Shown here: piece after piece, positions 36,646-46,853 of the stretch
Numbering within the stretch: position 1 is the first letter of the stretch
How the letters are laid out: every line of letters starts with the position of its first letter
From: Mediterranea sp.
GTDB taxonomy: Bacteria; Bacteroidota; Bacteroidia; Bacteroidales; Bacteroidaceae
DNA: 59,159 nucleotides
NCBI GenBank assembly: GCA_031261805.1
Contig: JAISIX010000059.1
Coordinates: 1 to 59,159 of the forward strand
Direction of reading: 5' to 3'
Made by a program: the position numbers and the translations under genes
Notes under the pieces: model-generated
The model's input: only the letters and a program-made list of their open reading frames with translations
Databases searched by the model: none
Told to the model about the DNA's origin: nothing

Positions 36646-38379
36646 ATGAAAAAAGCTAATTACGATAAGTTTCCATCCACTCCCCTCACCGGAAAGATAA
36701 CGCAAGGCTGGGAGCCAATTCTCACTCTATTGAAGGAGAAGGCAGGTACCAAGCAGGTGTTGGCCATAGACCTCTATACCGGCGTTTATGAAGAAGAGGT
36801 GCAGGAAGCCTTCTCCAAAGCTTATAAAGGAAGGGTTATCGACACACGCGACCTGATGAAGCCTGAGCCAGCCATCCGCCAGCTGACAGAACGCTTCATG
36901 ACGGACGATGTCCTATTTGGTTATGTGACGAACTTGCGGCTATCCGATTACTTCGACCCCGACAAGCTGGCCAAGGCACGCCGAGAGCTTAGCGAAACCA
37001 AAGAGAGCGTCATTGTAATAGGGACCGGCGCGGCACTTGTTGCCCCCCAAGACGACACACTGCTGGTCTATGCCGACATGGCCCGCTGGGAGATACAGCA
37101 ACGCTTCCGCCGCCACGAGGTGAAGGCACTGGGCATCGACAACAGGACCGAAGCCGTCAGCCTGCAATACAAGCGGGGATACTTCAACGACTGGAGAATA
37201 TGCGACCGTCACAAGGAGAGCCTCTTCGGGCGAGTGGACTTCTGGCTCGACACCCACCTGCCCGGCCAACCTAAGCTGATAGACAAGGAGACCTTCTTCC
37301 GTGGCATGGAAGCCACGGCACAGACGCCCTTCCGCGTAGTGCCCTTCTTCGACCCCGCCCCATGGGGTGGCCAGTGGATGAAAGAGGTATGCGACCTCGA
37401 CCCCAAGAACGCCAACTACGGATGGTGCTTCGACTGCGTGCCCGAAGAGAACAGCCTTTACTTCGACGTGAACGGCATACGTTTCGAGCTGCCCTCCATC
37501 GACTTGGTGCTACTCAAGAGCCGGGAGCTGCTGGGCGAACCCGTGGAAGCGCGTTTCGGCAAGGAGTTTCCCATCCGTTTCGACTTCCTCGACACCATGG
37601 GAGGCGGGAACCTCAGCCTGCAGGTGCATCCCACCACACAGTTTATCCGCGAGAACTTCGGAATGCAGTACACGCAGGACGAGAGCTATTATATGGTAGA
37701 CGCGGGCGAAGACGCGAAGGTCTACCTCGGCCTCAAAAGAGGGGTCGACCCACAAGCGATGATAGACGACCTGCGGAAAGCCGAGCGCGGCGAACTGGTG
37801 TTCGACACGGAGAAATACGTCAATAAGATTCCCACACGCAAGCACGACCACTTCCTTATCCCCGGCGGAACGGTTCATTGCTCGGGAGCCAACAGCATGG
37901 TGCTGGAAATCAGCTCCACGCCCAACATCTTCACCTTCAAGCTATGGGACTGGCAACGGATGGGTTTGGACGGCAAGCCGCGCCCCATCAACGTGGAGCG
38001 GGGCAAGAGCGTCATCGACTGGAAACGGGACACCGACTACGTGGAGGCCAACCTGCGCAACCACTTCACCACCATAGCCCAAGGCGACGGTTGGACGGAA
38101 GAGCGTACCGGCTTGCATCCCAACGAATTTATAGAGACCCGACGCCACCGCTTCAACGTGCCGGTGACGCACCACACCAACCAGAGCGTCAACGTGCTCA
38201 ACCTCTTGGAAGGCGAGGAAGCGATTGTAGAAAGCCCTACCCACGCCTTCGCCCCTTTCACGGTGCACTATGCCGAGACATTCATCGTGCCTGCCTGCGT
38301 GAAAGAGTACACCATCCGTCCACACGGTCCATCGGCAGGGAAAGAGTGCGTGACCATCAAGGCATACGTACGGTTCTAA
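36646..38379 (+). CDS. Class I mannose-6-phosphate isomerase-like cupin with N-terminal extension
   Basis: PWGGQWMK, FPIRFDFLD, NLSLQVHP, QDESYY, IPGGTVH, VLEIS. Confidence 0.85.
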   Translation: MKKANYDKFPSTPLTGKITQGWEPILTLLKEKAGTKQVLAIDLYTGVYEEEVQEAFSKAYKGRVIDTRDLMKPEPAIRQLTERFMTDDVLFGYVTNLRLSDYFDPDKLAKARRELSETKESVIVIGTGAALVAPQDDTLLVYADMARWEIQQRFRRHEVKALGIDNRTEAVSLQYKRGYFNDWRICDRHKESLFGRVDFWLDTHLPGQPKLIDKETFFRGMEATAQTPFRVVPFFDPAPWGGQWMKEVCDLDPKNANYGWCFDCVPEENSLYFDVNGIRFELPSIDLVLLKSRELLGEPVEARFGKEFPIRFDFLDTMGGGNLSLQVHPTTQFIRENFGMQYTQDESYYMVDAGEDAKVYLGLKRGVDPQAMIDDLRKAERGELVFDTEKYVNKIPTRKHDHFLIPGGTVHCSGANSMVLEISSTPNIFTFKLWDWQRMGLDGKPRPINVERGKSVIDWKRDTDYVEANLRNHFTTIAQGDGWTEERTGLHPNEFIETRRHRFNVPVTHHTNQSVNVLNLLEGEEAIVESPTHAFAPFTVHYAETFIVPACVKEYTIRPHGPSAGKECVTIKAYVRF

Positions 38380-38425
38380 GAGAAAAACGATATTTTATTA
38401 ATCCTATAATGCACCTATTCAAACC

Positions 38426-39529
38426 ATGTATGAACAAGATGAACGTATCGTGATGACACTGGACGCGGGAGGCACCAACTTCATGTTCTCCGCCATGCAA
38501 GGTTGCCGCGAAATCATCAGCCCCCTCTGCCTGCCGGCCGCGCCCGACGACTTGGAATGCTGCCTCGCCACGCTGGTAGAAGGGTTTCTGGCGGTAGAGA
38601 GGCAACTGCCCAAGCTTCCCGTAGCCATCAGCTTCGCCTTTCCCGGCCCGGCCGACTACGCCCACGGCATCATCGGCGACCTGCCCAACTTTCCCGTCTT
38701 CCGGGGAGGTGTAGCGCTGGGGCCGTACTTAGAGGGGCAGTTTGGCATCCCCACCTTTATCAACAACGATGGCAACCTCTTCGCTTACGGCGAGGCCATC
38801 GAAGGCGCGCTACCCGCGGTGAACAGAGCCTTGCGGGAAGCCGGTTGCAGCCGACAGTACCACAACCTGCTGGGCATCACGCTGGGCACGGGCTTCGGCG
38901 CGGGGGTAGTCGTCGACCGTCACTTGCTGACGGGCGACAACGGTTGCGGCGGCGACGTATGGCTGATGCGCAACAAGAGGTATCCCGAGATGATAGCCGA
39001 AGAGAGCGTCAGCATACGGGCCGTGCGCCGGATGTACGGAGAGCGGAGCCAAACCGACGCCTCCCATCTCTCGCCCAAAGACATTTTCGACATAGCCGAG
39101 GGGACCAAGGCAGGCGACCGCCCGGCCGCTATCCAAGCCTTTGCCGAGCTGGGCGAGATGGCCGGCGACGCCATCATCCGTGCCCTGAACATCGTCGACG
39201 GCCTGGTAGTCATCGGCGGCGGGGTGGCGGGAGCCGCCAAGTACATCCTGCCCGGCATGACGGCAGAGATGCGCCGAACAGTAACCACCTTCGCCGGCGA
39301 CACGTTCCCTTGCCTCCAGATGGAGGTCTTCGACCTCACCGACGAGCAGCAACGGGATGAGTTCCTGACCGAGAAAGAGACCACGGTCAGCATCCCCCAC
39401 TCCGACAAGCAAGCGACCTACCTCCGGCGGAAGAAAACGGGCATCACCCTCTCCTCCCTGGGAGCCAGCAAGGCCATCGCCATCGGGGCGTATGCCTTTG
39501 CCTTAAACGAACTCAATAAACAATCCTAA
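38426..39529 (+). CDS. ROK family sugar kinase
   Basis: LDAGGTN, AFPGP, INNDGN, TLGTGFGAG. Confidence 0.9.
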   Translation: MYEQDERIVMTLDAGGTNFMFSAMQGCREIISPLCLPAAPDDLECCLATLVEGFLAVERQLPKLPVAISFAFPGPADYAHGIIGDLPNFPVFRGGVALGPYLEGQFGIPTFINNDGNLFAYGEAIEGALPAVNRALREAGCSRQYHNLLGITLGTGFGAGVVVDRHLLTGDNGCGGDVWLMRNKRYPEMIAEESVSIRAVRRMYGERSQTDASHLSPKDIFDIAEGTKAGDRPAAIQAFAELGEMAGDAIIRALNIVDGLVVIGGGVAGAAKYILPGMTAEMRRTVTTFAGDTFPCLQMEVFDLTDEQQRDEFLTEKETTVSIPHSDKQATYLRRKKTGITLSSLGASKAIAIGAYAFALNELNKQS

Positions 39530-39542
39530 TAAACAACATCTC

Positions 39543-42500
39543 ATGGAACAATCTAATCTATCGAATGCGCCACGTGCCCTCCGACCCAACGGAAAGGCAA
39601 TCGCTCATCGGCTGCTGAAAGCCGTCCTGCTGATAGCCTGCTTGAGCATCACCAGCCTCGGGCTGCAAGCTCAATCGCCAACCATCACCGTCAAAGGGAA
39701 AGTAACGGCCGACGCGGAGCCGGTCATCGGCGCCACCATCCAAGTGAAGGGAGCCTCAACGGGCACCGTCACGGACATTGACGGTAACTTCTCCATCAAT
39801 GTATCGCCACAGGCTACGTTGACCTTCTCCTACGTAGGCTACACCACACAAGAAGTCCGCGTGAACGGACGGCACGTACTGGACGTGATCCTCCATTCCG
39901 ACGTAGTGGCCCTCAGCGATGTAGTGGTAGTGGGCTACGGCGTACAGAAGAAAATAAACCTGACCGGCGCGGTAGCCTCCGTCAACTCACAAGAGCTGGA
40001 CGGCAAGCCGGTGGCCAACGTGCTGGAGGCCATGCAAGGCACCACCCCGGGGCTGATTATCCAAGAAGGCTCGTCCAACCCCGGAACCCCGCCCTCCATC
40101 AACATCCGTGGCCTCAACACGATGAACAACAACGACCCGCTGGTCATCATCGACGGCATCGAGGGGTCGTTGGGCAACCTCAACCCGGCCGACATTGACC
40201 AGATTTCCATTCTGAAGGACGCCTCTTCCACCGCCATCTACGGCTCACGGGCCTCCAACGGCGTAGTGCTCGTCACCACCAAGAAAGGGAAAGCCGGCAA
40301 GACGGAGGTATCCTACGACTTCATGTACGGCCTGCAACAACCCACCTCGTTGCCCAACATCGCCGACTCCTGGGTCTATGCCGAGCTATACAACGAGGCT
40401 GCCGTCAACTCCGGACGCTCCACCAAGTTCACCGCCGAGCAGATAGCCGGCTTCAAGCAGAACGGGCCGAACGTGAAATGGATAGACGAGCTGTACAAGA
40501 GCGTGGCCCCGCAGAGTTCGCACAACGTCTCCATGACGGGAGGCAACGACCGCCTCTCCTACCTTGCCTCCGTGGGCTACGTGGACCAGAACAGTATGTT
40601 CGAAGGTCCCGACTACGGCTACAAGCGTTACAACGCCCGCCTCAACGTGAGCCACAAGGTGACGGACAACTTCACGCTGACCCTCACCTCGCAGTTCGCC
40701 CGCAACGACATCAAGGAACATGCCTACTGGACCGACTGGATCATTGAGCAGGCCAACCGTATGCCACCCATCTACGACATCAAGAACGCCGACGGCACCT
40801 ACACCTATCCCTCGGGCAGCAACTCCAACAGCCTGCAACGCCTTGAGCAGGGAGGCTACCGCCAGAACGTCAACGACGAGCTGCTGGGCACCCTGAAGGC
40901 CGAGTGGGAACTCTTCAAAGGCTTCAAGCTGGTGGGCAGCGCCGGCGGACGGGTGTGGAACAACGCCCAGCACGAGAACCGCAAAGCCTTCGAGGGGACG
41001 GGCGACAGTGAGAACCACATCGCCGAGACCTTCTACCGCTCGCGCAACGTCACCACCAACCTGATGGTGACCTACAACACCCAGATAGGCAAGCATGCCA
41101 TAGGCGCGCTGATAGGCTACTCCTACGAGGGCTTCCACGAGAAGCAGTTCTCCACCACACGCATCACCGACGACTCCAAGTACGACATCTTCGTGGGGTC
41201 GCTGAGCGGCGACAACGTGAGCAACAGCGGCTCGGCCAGCGACTGGGCCATCTACTCGGGCTTTGCCAGGGCCACTTACAACTACGACGAGAAGTACCTC
41301 CTGGAGTTCAACATCCGCAACGACTACTCCTCCTACTTCGCCAAGGGCAACCGCTCGGGCATCTTCCCCTCCTTCTCCGCCGGCTGGCGCATGTCCGAGG
41401 AGAAGTTCTGGGACAACCTCAAGCCCTACATTCCCTCCTTCAAGCTCAGAGGCTCGTGGGGCTGGGTGGGCAACAACCGCATCGGTGCCTACCAGTACAT
41501 GCAAGCCGTGTCGGTGACCAACGGCATCAGCTTCGGCGACAAGCTCGCCTCCACGGCTATCTTCGGCAACCAGAAGAGCGACGGGAGCTATGCCGCCGCC
41601 AACCCCGACCTGAAGTGGGAGACCACCCGCATGGCCGACATCGGCTTCGACCTCGGCTTGCTCAACAACGACCTCAACGTCAGCTTCGACTACTTCAACA
41701 ACCACACAAAGAACATCCTCGTCAACCTCCCCGTACCCGGACTCTTCGGCAACGGGGCACCCATCCAAAACGCCGGTGTGGTAGGCACCAACGGTTGGGA
41801 GCTGGCCATCAACTACCGCCTGAAGACAGGAGCGGTCACCCACCGCTTCGCCGGCAACCTCTCCGACTCGCGCAACAAGGTGCTCGACAACCACGGCGAG
41901 GAGACCATCAACGGTTCCGACGTGCAGACCATCATCAAGGAGGGCTACCCGCTCAACTCCTACTACGCCTACCGCTGGGACGGATTCTTCAACACCCAAG
42001 CCGAATGTGACAAAGGCCCGCACCTGGACGGCATCACCCCCAAGCCCGGCGACATACGCTACATCGACAAGAACGGCGACGGTGTCATCAAGGAGGACGA
42101 CGACCGCTTCGTGGTGGGCAACGACTTCCCCCGCTACACCTTCGGCTTCACCTACGGCCTCGACTACCACGGGTTCGATTTCTCCATGATGTGGCAGGGC
42201 GTAGGCAAGCGCGACAAGTGGATGCGCGGCGAGTCGGTAGAGGCCTTCCACAACAACAACGAAGGTCCCATACTCGACTTCCACCTCGACCGCTGGACAC
42301 CCACCCACACCGATGCCACCTACCCGAGGCTCACCATGGGGTCCGAATCGGCCAACAACGCCGCCAAGTCCAACTTCTGGATACAGAACGCCGCTTACCT
42401 GCGCCTGAAGAACGTGCAGATAGGCTACACCTTCCCCGAGAAGTGGATGCACCACTTGAGCATTCATCACCTCCGCGTCTTCGTGAGCGGACAGAACCTG

Positions 42501-42614
42501 CTCACCTTCGACAAGATGAAAGGTGGATACGACCCCGAATACACCGGCGACGGCAGCGGACGAGCCTATGCCGTGGCCAAGGTCTACTCCTTCGGATTGA
42601 ATGTTAAATTTTAA
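39543..42614 (+). CDS. susC: SusC/RagA TonB-dependent transporter
   Basis: GTVTDIDGNF, VVVGYGVQKK, ILKDASSTAIYGSRASNGVVLVTTK, NPDLKWET, YLRLKN, terminal GLNVKF. Confidence 0.97.
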   Translation: MEQSNLSNAPRALRPNGKAIAHRLLKAVLLIACLSITSLGLQAQSPTITVKGKVTADAEPVIGATIQVKGASTGTVTDIDGNFSINVSPQATLTFSYVGYTTQEVRVNGRHVLDVILHSDVVALSDVVVVGYGVQKKINLTGAVASVNSQELDGKPVANVLEAMQGTTPGLIIQEGSSNPGTPPSINIRGLNTMNNNDPLVIIDGIEGSLGNLNPADIDQISILKDASSTAIYGSRASNGVVLVTTKKGKAGKTEVSYDFMYGLQQPTSLPNIADSWVYAELYNEAAVNSGRSTKFTAEQIAGFKQNGPNVKWIDELYKSVAPQSSHNVSMTGGNDRLSYLASVGYVDQNSMFEGPDYGYKRYNARLNVSHKVTDNFTLTLTSQFARNDIKEHAYWTDWIIEQANRMPPIYDIKNADGTYTYPSGSNSNSLQRLEQGGYRQNVNDELLGTLKAEWELFKGFKLVGSAGGRVWNNAQHENRKAFEGTGDSENHIAETFYRSRNVTTNLMVTYNTQIGKHAIGALIGYSYEGFHEKQFSTTRITDDSKYDIFVGSLSGDNVSNSGSASDWAIYSGFARATYNYDEKYLLEFNIRNDYSSYFAKGNRSGIFPSFSAGWRMSEEKFWDNLKPYIPSFKLRGSWGWVGNNRIGAYQYMQAVSVTNGISFGDKLASTAIFGNQKSDGSYAAANPDLKWETTRMADIGFDLGLLNNDLNVSFDYFNNHTKNILVNLPVPGLFGNGAPIQNAGVVGTNGWELAINYRLKTGAVTHRFAGNLSDSRNKVLDNHGEETINGSDVQTIIKEGYPLNSYYAYRWDGFFNTQAECDKGPHLDGITPKPGDIRYIDKNGDGVIKEDDDRFVVGNDFPRYTFGFTYGLDYHGFDFSMMWQGVGKRDKWMRGESVEAFHNNNEGPILDFHLDRWTPTHTDATYPRLTMGSESANNAAKSNFWIQNAAYLRLKNVQIGYTFPEKWMHHLSIHHLRVFVSGQNLLTFDKMKGGYDPEYTGDGSGRAYAVAKVYSFGLNVKF

Positions 42615-42625
42615 ACCACACCGCA

Positions 42626-44227
42626 ATGAAAGCAATACTGAAAAGCCTTATACTCTCGGCTACCCTCGCCGTAGGCACCGCCTCTTGCATCGGACTCGAC
42701 ACGACGCCTTACGACCGCGAAGTCGACCTCGACTTCTGGAATGACCCCGACGCGGCCCTCGAGGCGCTGAACACCTGCTACACCTACCTGCCCAGCATGG
42801 AGGAGGTGATGTATAGCGACGCCGCCACCGACAACGCCTATACCAAAGCGCCCAACGACTACACCGAAAGCATCGGCAACAGCTCCTACTCCACCGCCAA
42901 CAGCTACGTGCTGAAGATATGGAACAACTACTACGCCGGCATACGGGCCTGCAACGAGATGCTGGACAACATCGACAAGGTGCCCTCCCTCACCACCGAC
43001 CTAAAGAACCGCTACACCGGCGAGGCCAAGGTGCTACGCGCCTACTTCTACTACCAGCTCTACAGCCGCTTCGGCGACGTGCCCTACATCGACCACGTCA
43101 TCTCCATCGCCGAGAGCCAGAGCATCGCCCGCACCCCCAAGGCGACGGTGGAGCAGAACATACTGGCCGACCTCGACGAGGTGCTCACCGGCAACTACCT
43201 GCCGGCCTCCTACGGTGCCGACGACAAGGGACGTGTGACCCGCTGGGCCGCCCAAGCCATCAAGGCCAAGATCTACCTCTTCGACGGCAACTGGCCGCAG
43301 GTAGAGAGCGTGACCAAGACCCTCATGAACGAAGGCGGCTTCGCCCTCTTCCCCAGCTACTCCGGCCTGTTCGAGATAGCCAACGAAGGCAACTCGGAAG
43401 TCATCCTCGACACGCAGTACCGCCCCGTGAGCCGCGAGCAGAACCTGATGTATGCCTTCGTGCCCCCCTCGCTGGGCGGCTACTCACAGCTCTCGCCCCT
43501 GCAGGAGCTGGTGGACAGCTACCTCATGATTGACGGCACCACCATCACGCAAAGCGGCACCTCGTACGACAAGAACCACCCCTACGACAACCGCGACCCA
43601 CGCCTGAAAGCCACCGTCATCTATACCGGCAACTCCTACACGCTGGCCGACGGCACGGAAGCCGTCATCGACTGCACTCCGGGTGCCGAGAAGGATGGAT
43701 ACGGATACTCCTCCGACTGCACCGCCACCGGCTACTACATCAAGAAGTACTGGGACAACACCTACCGCCTCACCCTACAGTCGGGCCTCAACCCCATCCT
43801 GATACGCTACGCCGACATCCTGCTGATGAACGCCGAGGCACACGCCGAGCAAGGCACGCTCGACGCCACGGTATGGGATGCCACCATTAGGCCCATCCGC
43901 CAGCGCGCCGGCTTCACAGCGGCCTCTGCCCTCGACTTCCCCACCGGAGCCTCGCAGGAGCAGCTCATCCAGACCGTACGCAACGAACGCCGCTCGGAGT
44001 TGGCCCTCGAAGGCGGCCGCCGCGAGGACATCATACGCTGGCGCACGGCCGAGCAAGTGCTCAAGGGCTGGTGCCACGGCTTCAAGATATATGGGGACAC
44101 GGATCCCGACGGCAGTTACCTGCAGATAGAGGAGCGCAAATTCGACCCCGCCAAGCACTACCTGTGGCCCATCCCGCAGACAGAGCGCGACCTGAACCAT
44201 AACCTCACGCAGAACCCCAACTGGTGA
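42626..44227 (+). CDS. susD: SusD/RagB glycan-binding lipoprotein
   Basis: Lipobox TASC, RAYFYY..FGDVPY, RYADILLMNAEA, ERRSELALEG, LWPIP..E...NLTQNPNW. Confidence 0.96.
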   Translation: MKAILKSLILSATLAVGTASCIGLDTTPYDREVDLDFWNDPDAALEALNTCYTYLPSMEEVMYSDAATDNAYTKAPNDYTESIGNSSYSTANSYVLKIWNNYYAGIRACNEMLDNIDKVPSLTTDLKNRYTGEAKVLRAYFYYQLYSRFGDVPYIDHVISIAESQSIARTPKATVEQNILADLDEVLTGNYLPASYGADDKGRVTRWAAQAIKAKIYLFDGNWPQVESVTKTLMNEGGFALFPSYSGLFEIANEGNSEVILDTQYRPVSREQNLMYAFVPPSLGGYSQLSPLQELVDSYLMIDGTTITQSGTSYDKNHPYDNRDPRLKATVIYTGNSYTLADGTEAVIDCTPGAEKDGYGYSSDCTATGYYIKKYWDNTYRLTLQSGLNPILIRYADILLMNAEAHAEQGTLDATVWDATIRPIRQRAGFTAASALDFPTGASQEQLIQTVRNERRSELALEGGRREDIIRWRTAEQVLKGWCHGFKIYGDTDPDGSYLQIEERKFDPAKHYLWPIPQTERDLNHNLTQNPNW

Positions 44228-44260
44228 TGCCATCCTACAACGATTTAAACAAGAACCATT

Positions 44261-45397
44261 ATGAAAAAGATAATCGGAATATACGCGCTGCTGCTACTGG
44301 CCCTCACCGGCTGCCAGAAAGACTATAAGCTGAACTCGAGCTTCAGCGTGCCCACGCAGCTCAACTCGCCCGCACCCGTGCAGCTGGACGTCACCTCGAC
44401 CAACCTCATCACCCTGTCGTGGACAGGCGGCGGTGCCGACGACGGCGGTATCGTGCTCTACAACGTCCTCTTCGACAAGCAAGGAGGCGACTTCTCCAAC
44501 CCCTTGGCCACCATGAAGAGCGACCAAGGCGGACTGCCCCAGCTCTCGCTCACCCAAGCCGCCCTCAACACATTGGCGCGCAACGCCGGCATACACCCCG
44601 ACGAGACGGGCACCCTGCAATGGACCGTCACCGCCGCCCGTGGCGGAGTGACACGCCCTTGCGACCAAGTAGCCACGCTCACCCTCACCCGGGGCGACGG
44701 CATTGACAACATCCCCACGCAGCTCTACCTCGAAGGCACGGCCGCCGAGACGTCCGGACAAGCCTTCCGGCAGGTGAGCGACGGCGTGTTCCAAATCTAC
44801 ACCCGGCTCACCGACGGCGACATCACCTTCAAGTCGGCCACCACAGGCGATGCCTTCGACTACTACGTAGACCCCGAGGGCAAGCTGACCGAGGGCGAAG
44901 GCAACACCACCGTCACCACCTCGGGCAACAACGTAGCCCGCCTGACCGTGGACTTCAACACCATGCAGATGACCCGTGACGTCATCAACCCGGCCGTGCG
45001 CTGCATCTGGGGAGCCACCTATGCCAACATCGCCGTGCTCAACTACATCGGAGACGGGAAGTTCCAAGGCGACGGCGACATCGTATTCTACGGTCCCGGC
45101 CGACCGGGCACACCCGACTGGTGCGGTTGGGTAGAGGAGCGTTACTACTTCATTGCCAACGTGAACGGCACCGACCTATGCTGGGGACGAGGTGACGACG
45201 TGAGCGCCGAACGTCCCGTAGGCGGCGAGCCGGCCTCCTTCTATGCCCTGTACGAATCCCCTTGGACATCAAAGACGCAGTGGGACCACCTCTGGAAGAT
45301 GAAGGGCACACTCGACGAGACCCACGCCACCATTACCATCGACACCAATGCCGACGGACTGATGATACACACCTTTACCAACGTCACGCCCCTCTAA
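44261..45397 (+). CDS. SusE-like surface glycan-binding lipoprotein
   Basis: Lipobox LTGC, SusE N-terminal pattern (LSW...VLYNVLFD...FSNP), position after susD. Confidence 0.8.
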   Translation: MKKIIGIYALLLLALTGCQKDYKLNSSFSVPTQLNSPAPVQLDVTSTNLITLSWTGGGADDGGIVLYNVLFDKQGGDFSNPLATMKSDQGGLPQLSLTQAALNTLARNAGIHPDETGTLQWTVTAARGGVTRPCDQVATLTLTRGDGIDNIPTQLYLEGTAAETSGQAFRQVSDGVFQIYTRLTDGDITFKSATTGDAFDYYVDPEGKLTEGEGNTTVTTSGNNVARLTVDFNTMQMTRDVINPAVRCIWGATYANIAVLNYIGDGKFQGDGDIVFYGPGRPGTPDWCGWVEERYYFIANVNGTDLCWGRGDDVSAERPVGGEPASFYALYESPWTSKTQWDHLWKMKGTLDETHATITIDTNADGLMIHTFTNVTPL

Positions 45398-45409
45398 ACC
45401 CTAACGACA

Positions 45410-46648
45410 ATGAATATACGCAGAACCATCGGAATGTTGCTCCCGGCACTGCTCATCTCCTGCACCGGAGACGCCGAGGAGAAGTACGTACCTCCCACCA
45501 CGCCCGCCACCCCCACGGAGCCGGACGTGGTGGTCTACCACGAGCGGGCCAAGGCACAGTTCGACCTGATAAACCAATACTACCAGGTACGGACAGGCGC
45601 CACCACCGGCTTCTACAACGAGAACTACCCCAAGCAGGCGAGCGACAACGCCGCCTCCTTCCTGTGGCCCTACGACGGGCTGGTGTCCGGCGTAGCCACG
45701 CTACAGGCGTTGGGCTACAACGTGGACTACACCGCCTTCGTGGCCCGGTTCGACCGCTACTACCGCCCCTCGGCCGGTAGCGTGAACATCGGCGGCTACG
45801 GCTCGCAGACCGATGGCACGCAAGGCGGGGGCACCCGCTACTACGACGACAACTCCATCGTGGGCATCGACCTGGTGGAAGCCTACAACCTGACCAAGGA
45901 CAACACCTACCTGGCGAAAGCCAAACAGGTGGTGACGTTCCTCAAGTCGGGCGAGGACGATACCTTCGGTGGAGGCCTGTGGTGGGACGAGGACGAGAAG
46001 AACCAGGCAGGCAACGGCAACTCCAACAAGCCGGCCTGCGCCAACGGCTTCGCCACCCTCTTCCTGCTGGAGTACTACGCCGTATGCCCACAGAGCGAGA
46101 AAGCTGACGTGCTGGCCTTTGCCAAGCGGCTGTACAGCTGGCTGAAAACCAACCTGCGCGACCCGGCCGATGGCTGCTACTGGAACGACAAGCAAGCCGA
46201 CGGCAGCATCAACCAGACGAAGTGGACCTACAACAGCGGGGCGATGATAGCCAGCGGCGTGCGCCTCTACCGCTATACCAGCGAACAGGCCTATCTCGAC
46301 GACGCCATCGCCTCGGCCACGGGAGCCTACAGCTACTTCGTGCGGCCGGCGGGCAGCCTCGCGCTGGCTTACCCCAACCACGACCCTTGGTTCACCATCA
46401 AGCTAGTCAAGGCATTCATCGACTTGGTGCCTTACTACAAGGCAGCAAGTGGATACGTCGACACGTTCGCCAACTACCTCAACTACGCCTACGATCACGC
46501 CCGCTCCAGCAACGGACTCTTCTACGAAGACTGGACGGGCACGAACGCCAACCCCAGCCGCTCGGCACAGCTACTGATGCAGGACGCGGCGCTTGAGTCA
46601 TTGGGAGTTATCGCCCTCTATAAGGGCGAAAGCGCCACAAAGGAGTGA
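45410..46648 (+). CDS. GH76 endo-alpha-1,6-mannanase-like lipoprotein
   Basis: Lipobox LISC, catalytic YYDDN, GGGLWW, WTYNSG. Confidence 0.9.
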   Translation: MNIRRTIGMLLPALLISCTGDAEEKYVPPTTPATPTEPDVVVYHERAKAQFDLINQYYQVRTGATTGFYNENYPKQASDNAASFLWPYDGLVSGVATLQALGYNVDYTAFVARFDRYYRPSAGSVNIGGYGSQTDGTQGGGTRYYDDNSIVGIDLVEAYNLTKDNTYLAKAKQVVTFLKSGEDDTFGGGLWWDEDEKNQAGNGNSNKPACANGFATLFLLEYYAVCPQSEKADVLAFAKRLYSWLKTNLRDPADGCYWNDKQADGSINQTKWTYNSGAMIASGVRLYRYTSEQAYLDDAIASATGAYSYFVRPAGSLALAYPNHDPWFTIKLVKAFIDLVPYYKAASGYVDTFANYLNYAYDHARSSNGLFYEDWTGTNANPSRSAQLLMQDAALESLGVIALYKGESATKE

Positions 46649-46671
46649 AGCGGAAAAGCCAATAGGTTGGT

Positions 46672-46850
46672 AGAAGCATCTTCTATCGACTGACAGAAGT
46701 GTCCTTACCCCTGGGGGTGAGGCACCTTCTATCGACCGAGTGAGGCATCTTCTATCGACCAGTTGAGGTACCTTCTATCGACCAGTTGAGGCACCTTCTA
46801 TCGACCAGTTGAGGCACCCTCTACAAGTAAGGTGAGACACCCTCTATAAA
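46672..46850. repeat. Tandem array with 23-bp period (tgaggcaccttctatcgaccagt): 4 well-conserved units plus about 4 degenerate ones
   Basis: Good units at 46718, 46741, 46764 and 46787; degenerate in-register units at 46672, 46695, 46810 and 46833. Confidence 0.9.
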
Positions 46851-46853
46851 ACA

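Noticed and set aside
40386-42635. 749-aa antisense ORF over susC
   Set aside because: Shadow frame caused by strongly C/G-ending codons; Val/Gly-rich with no motifs.
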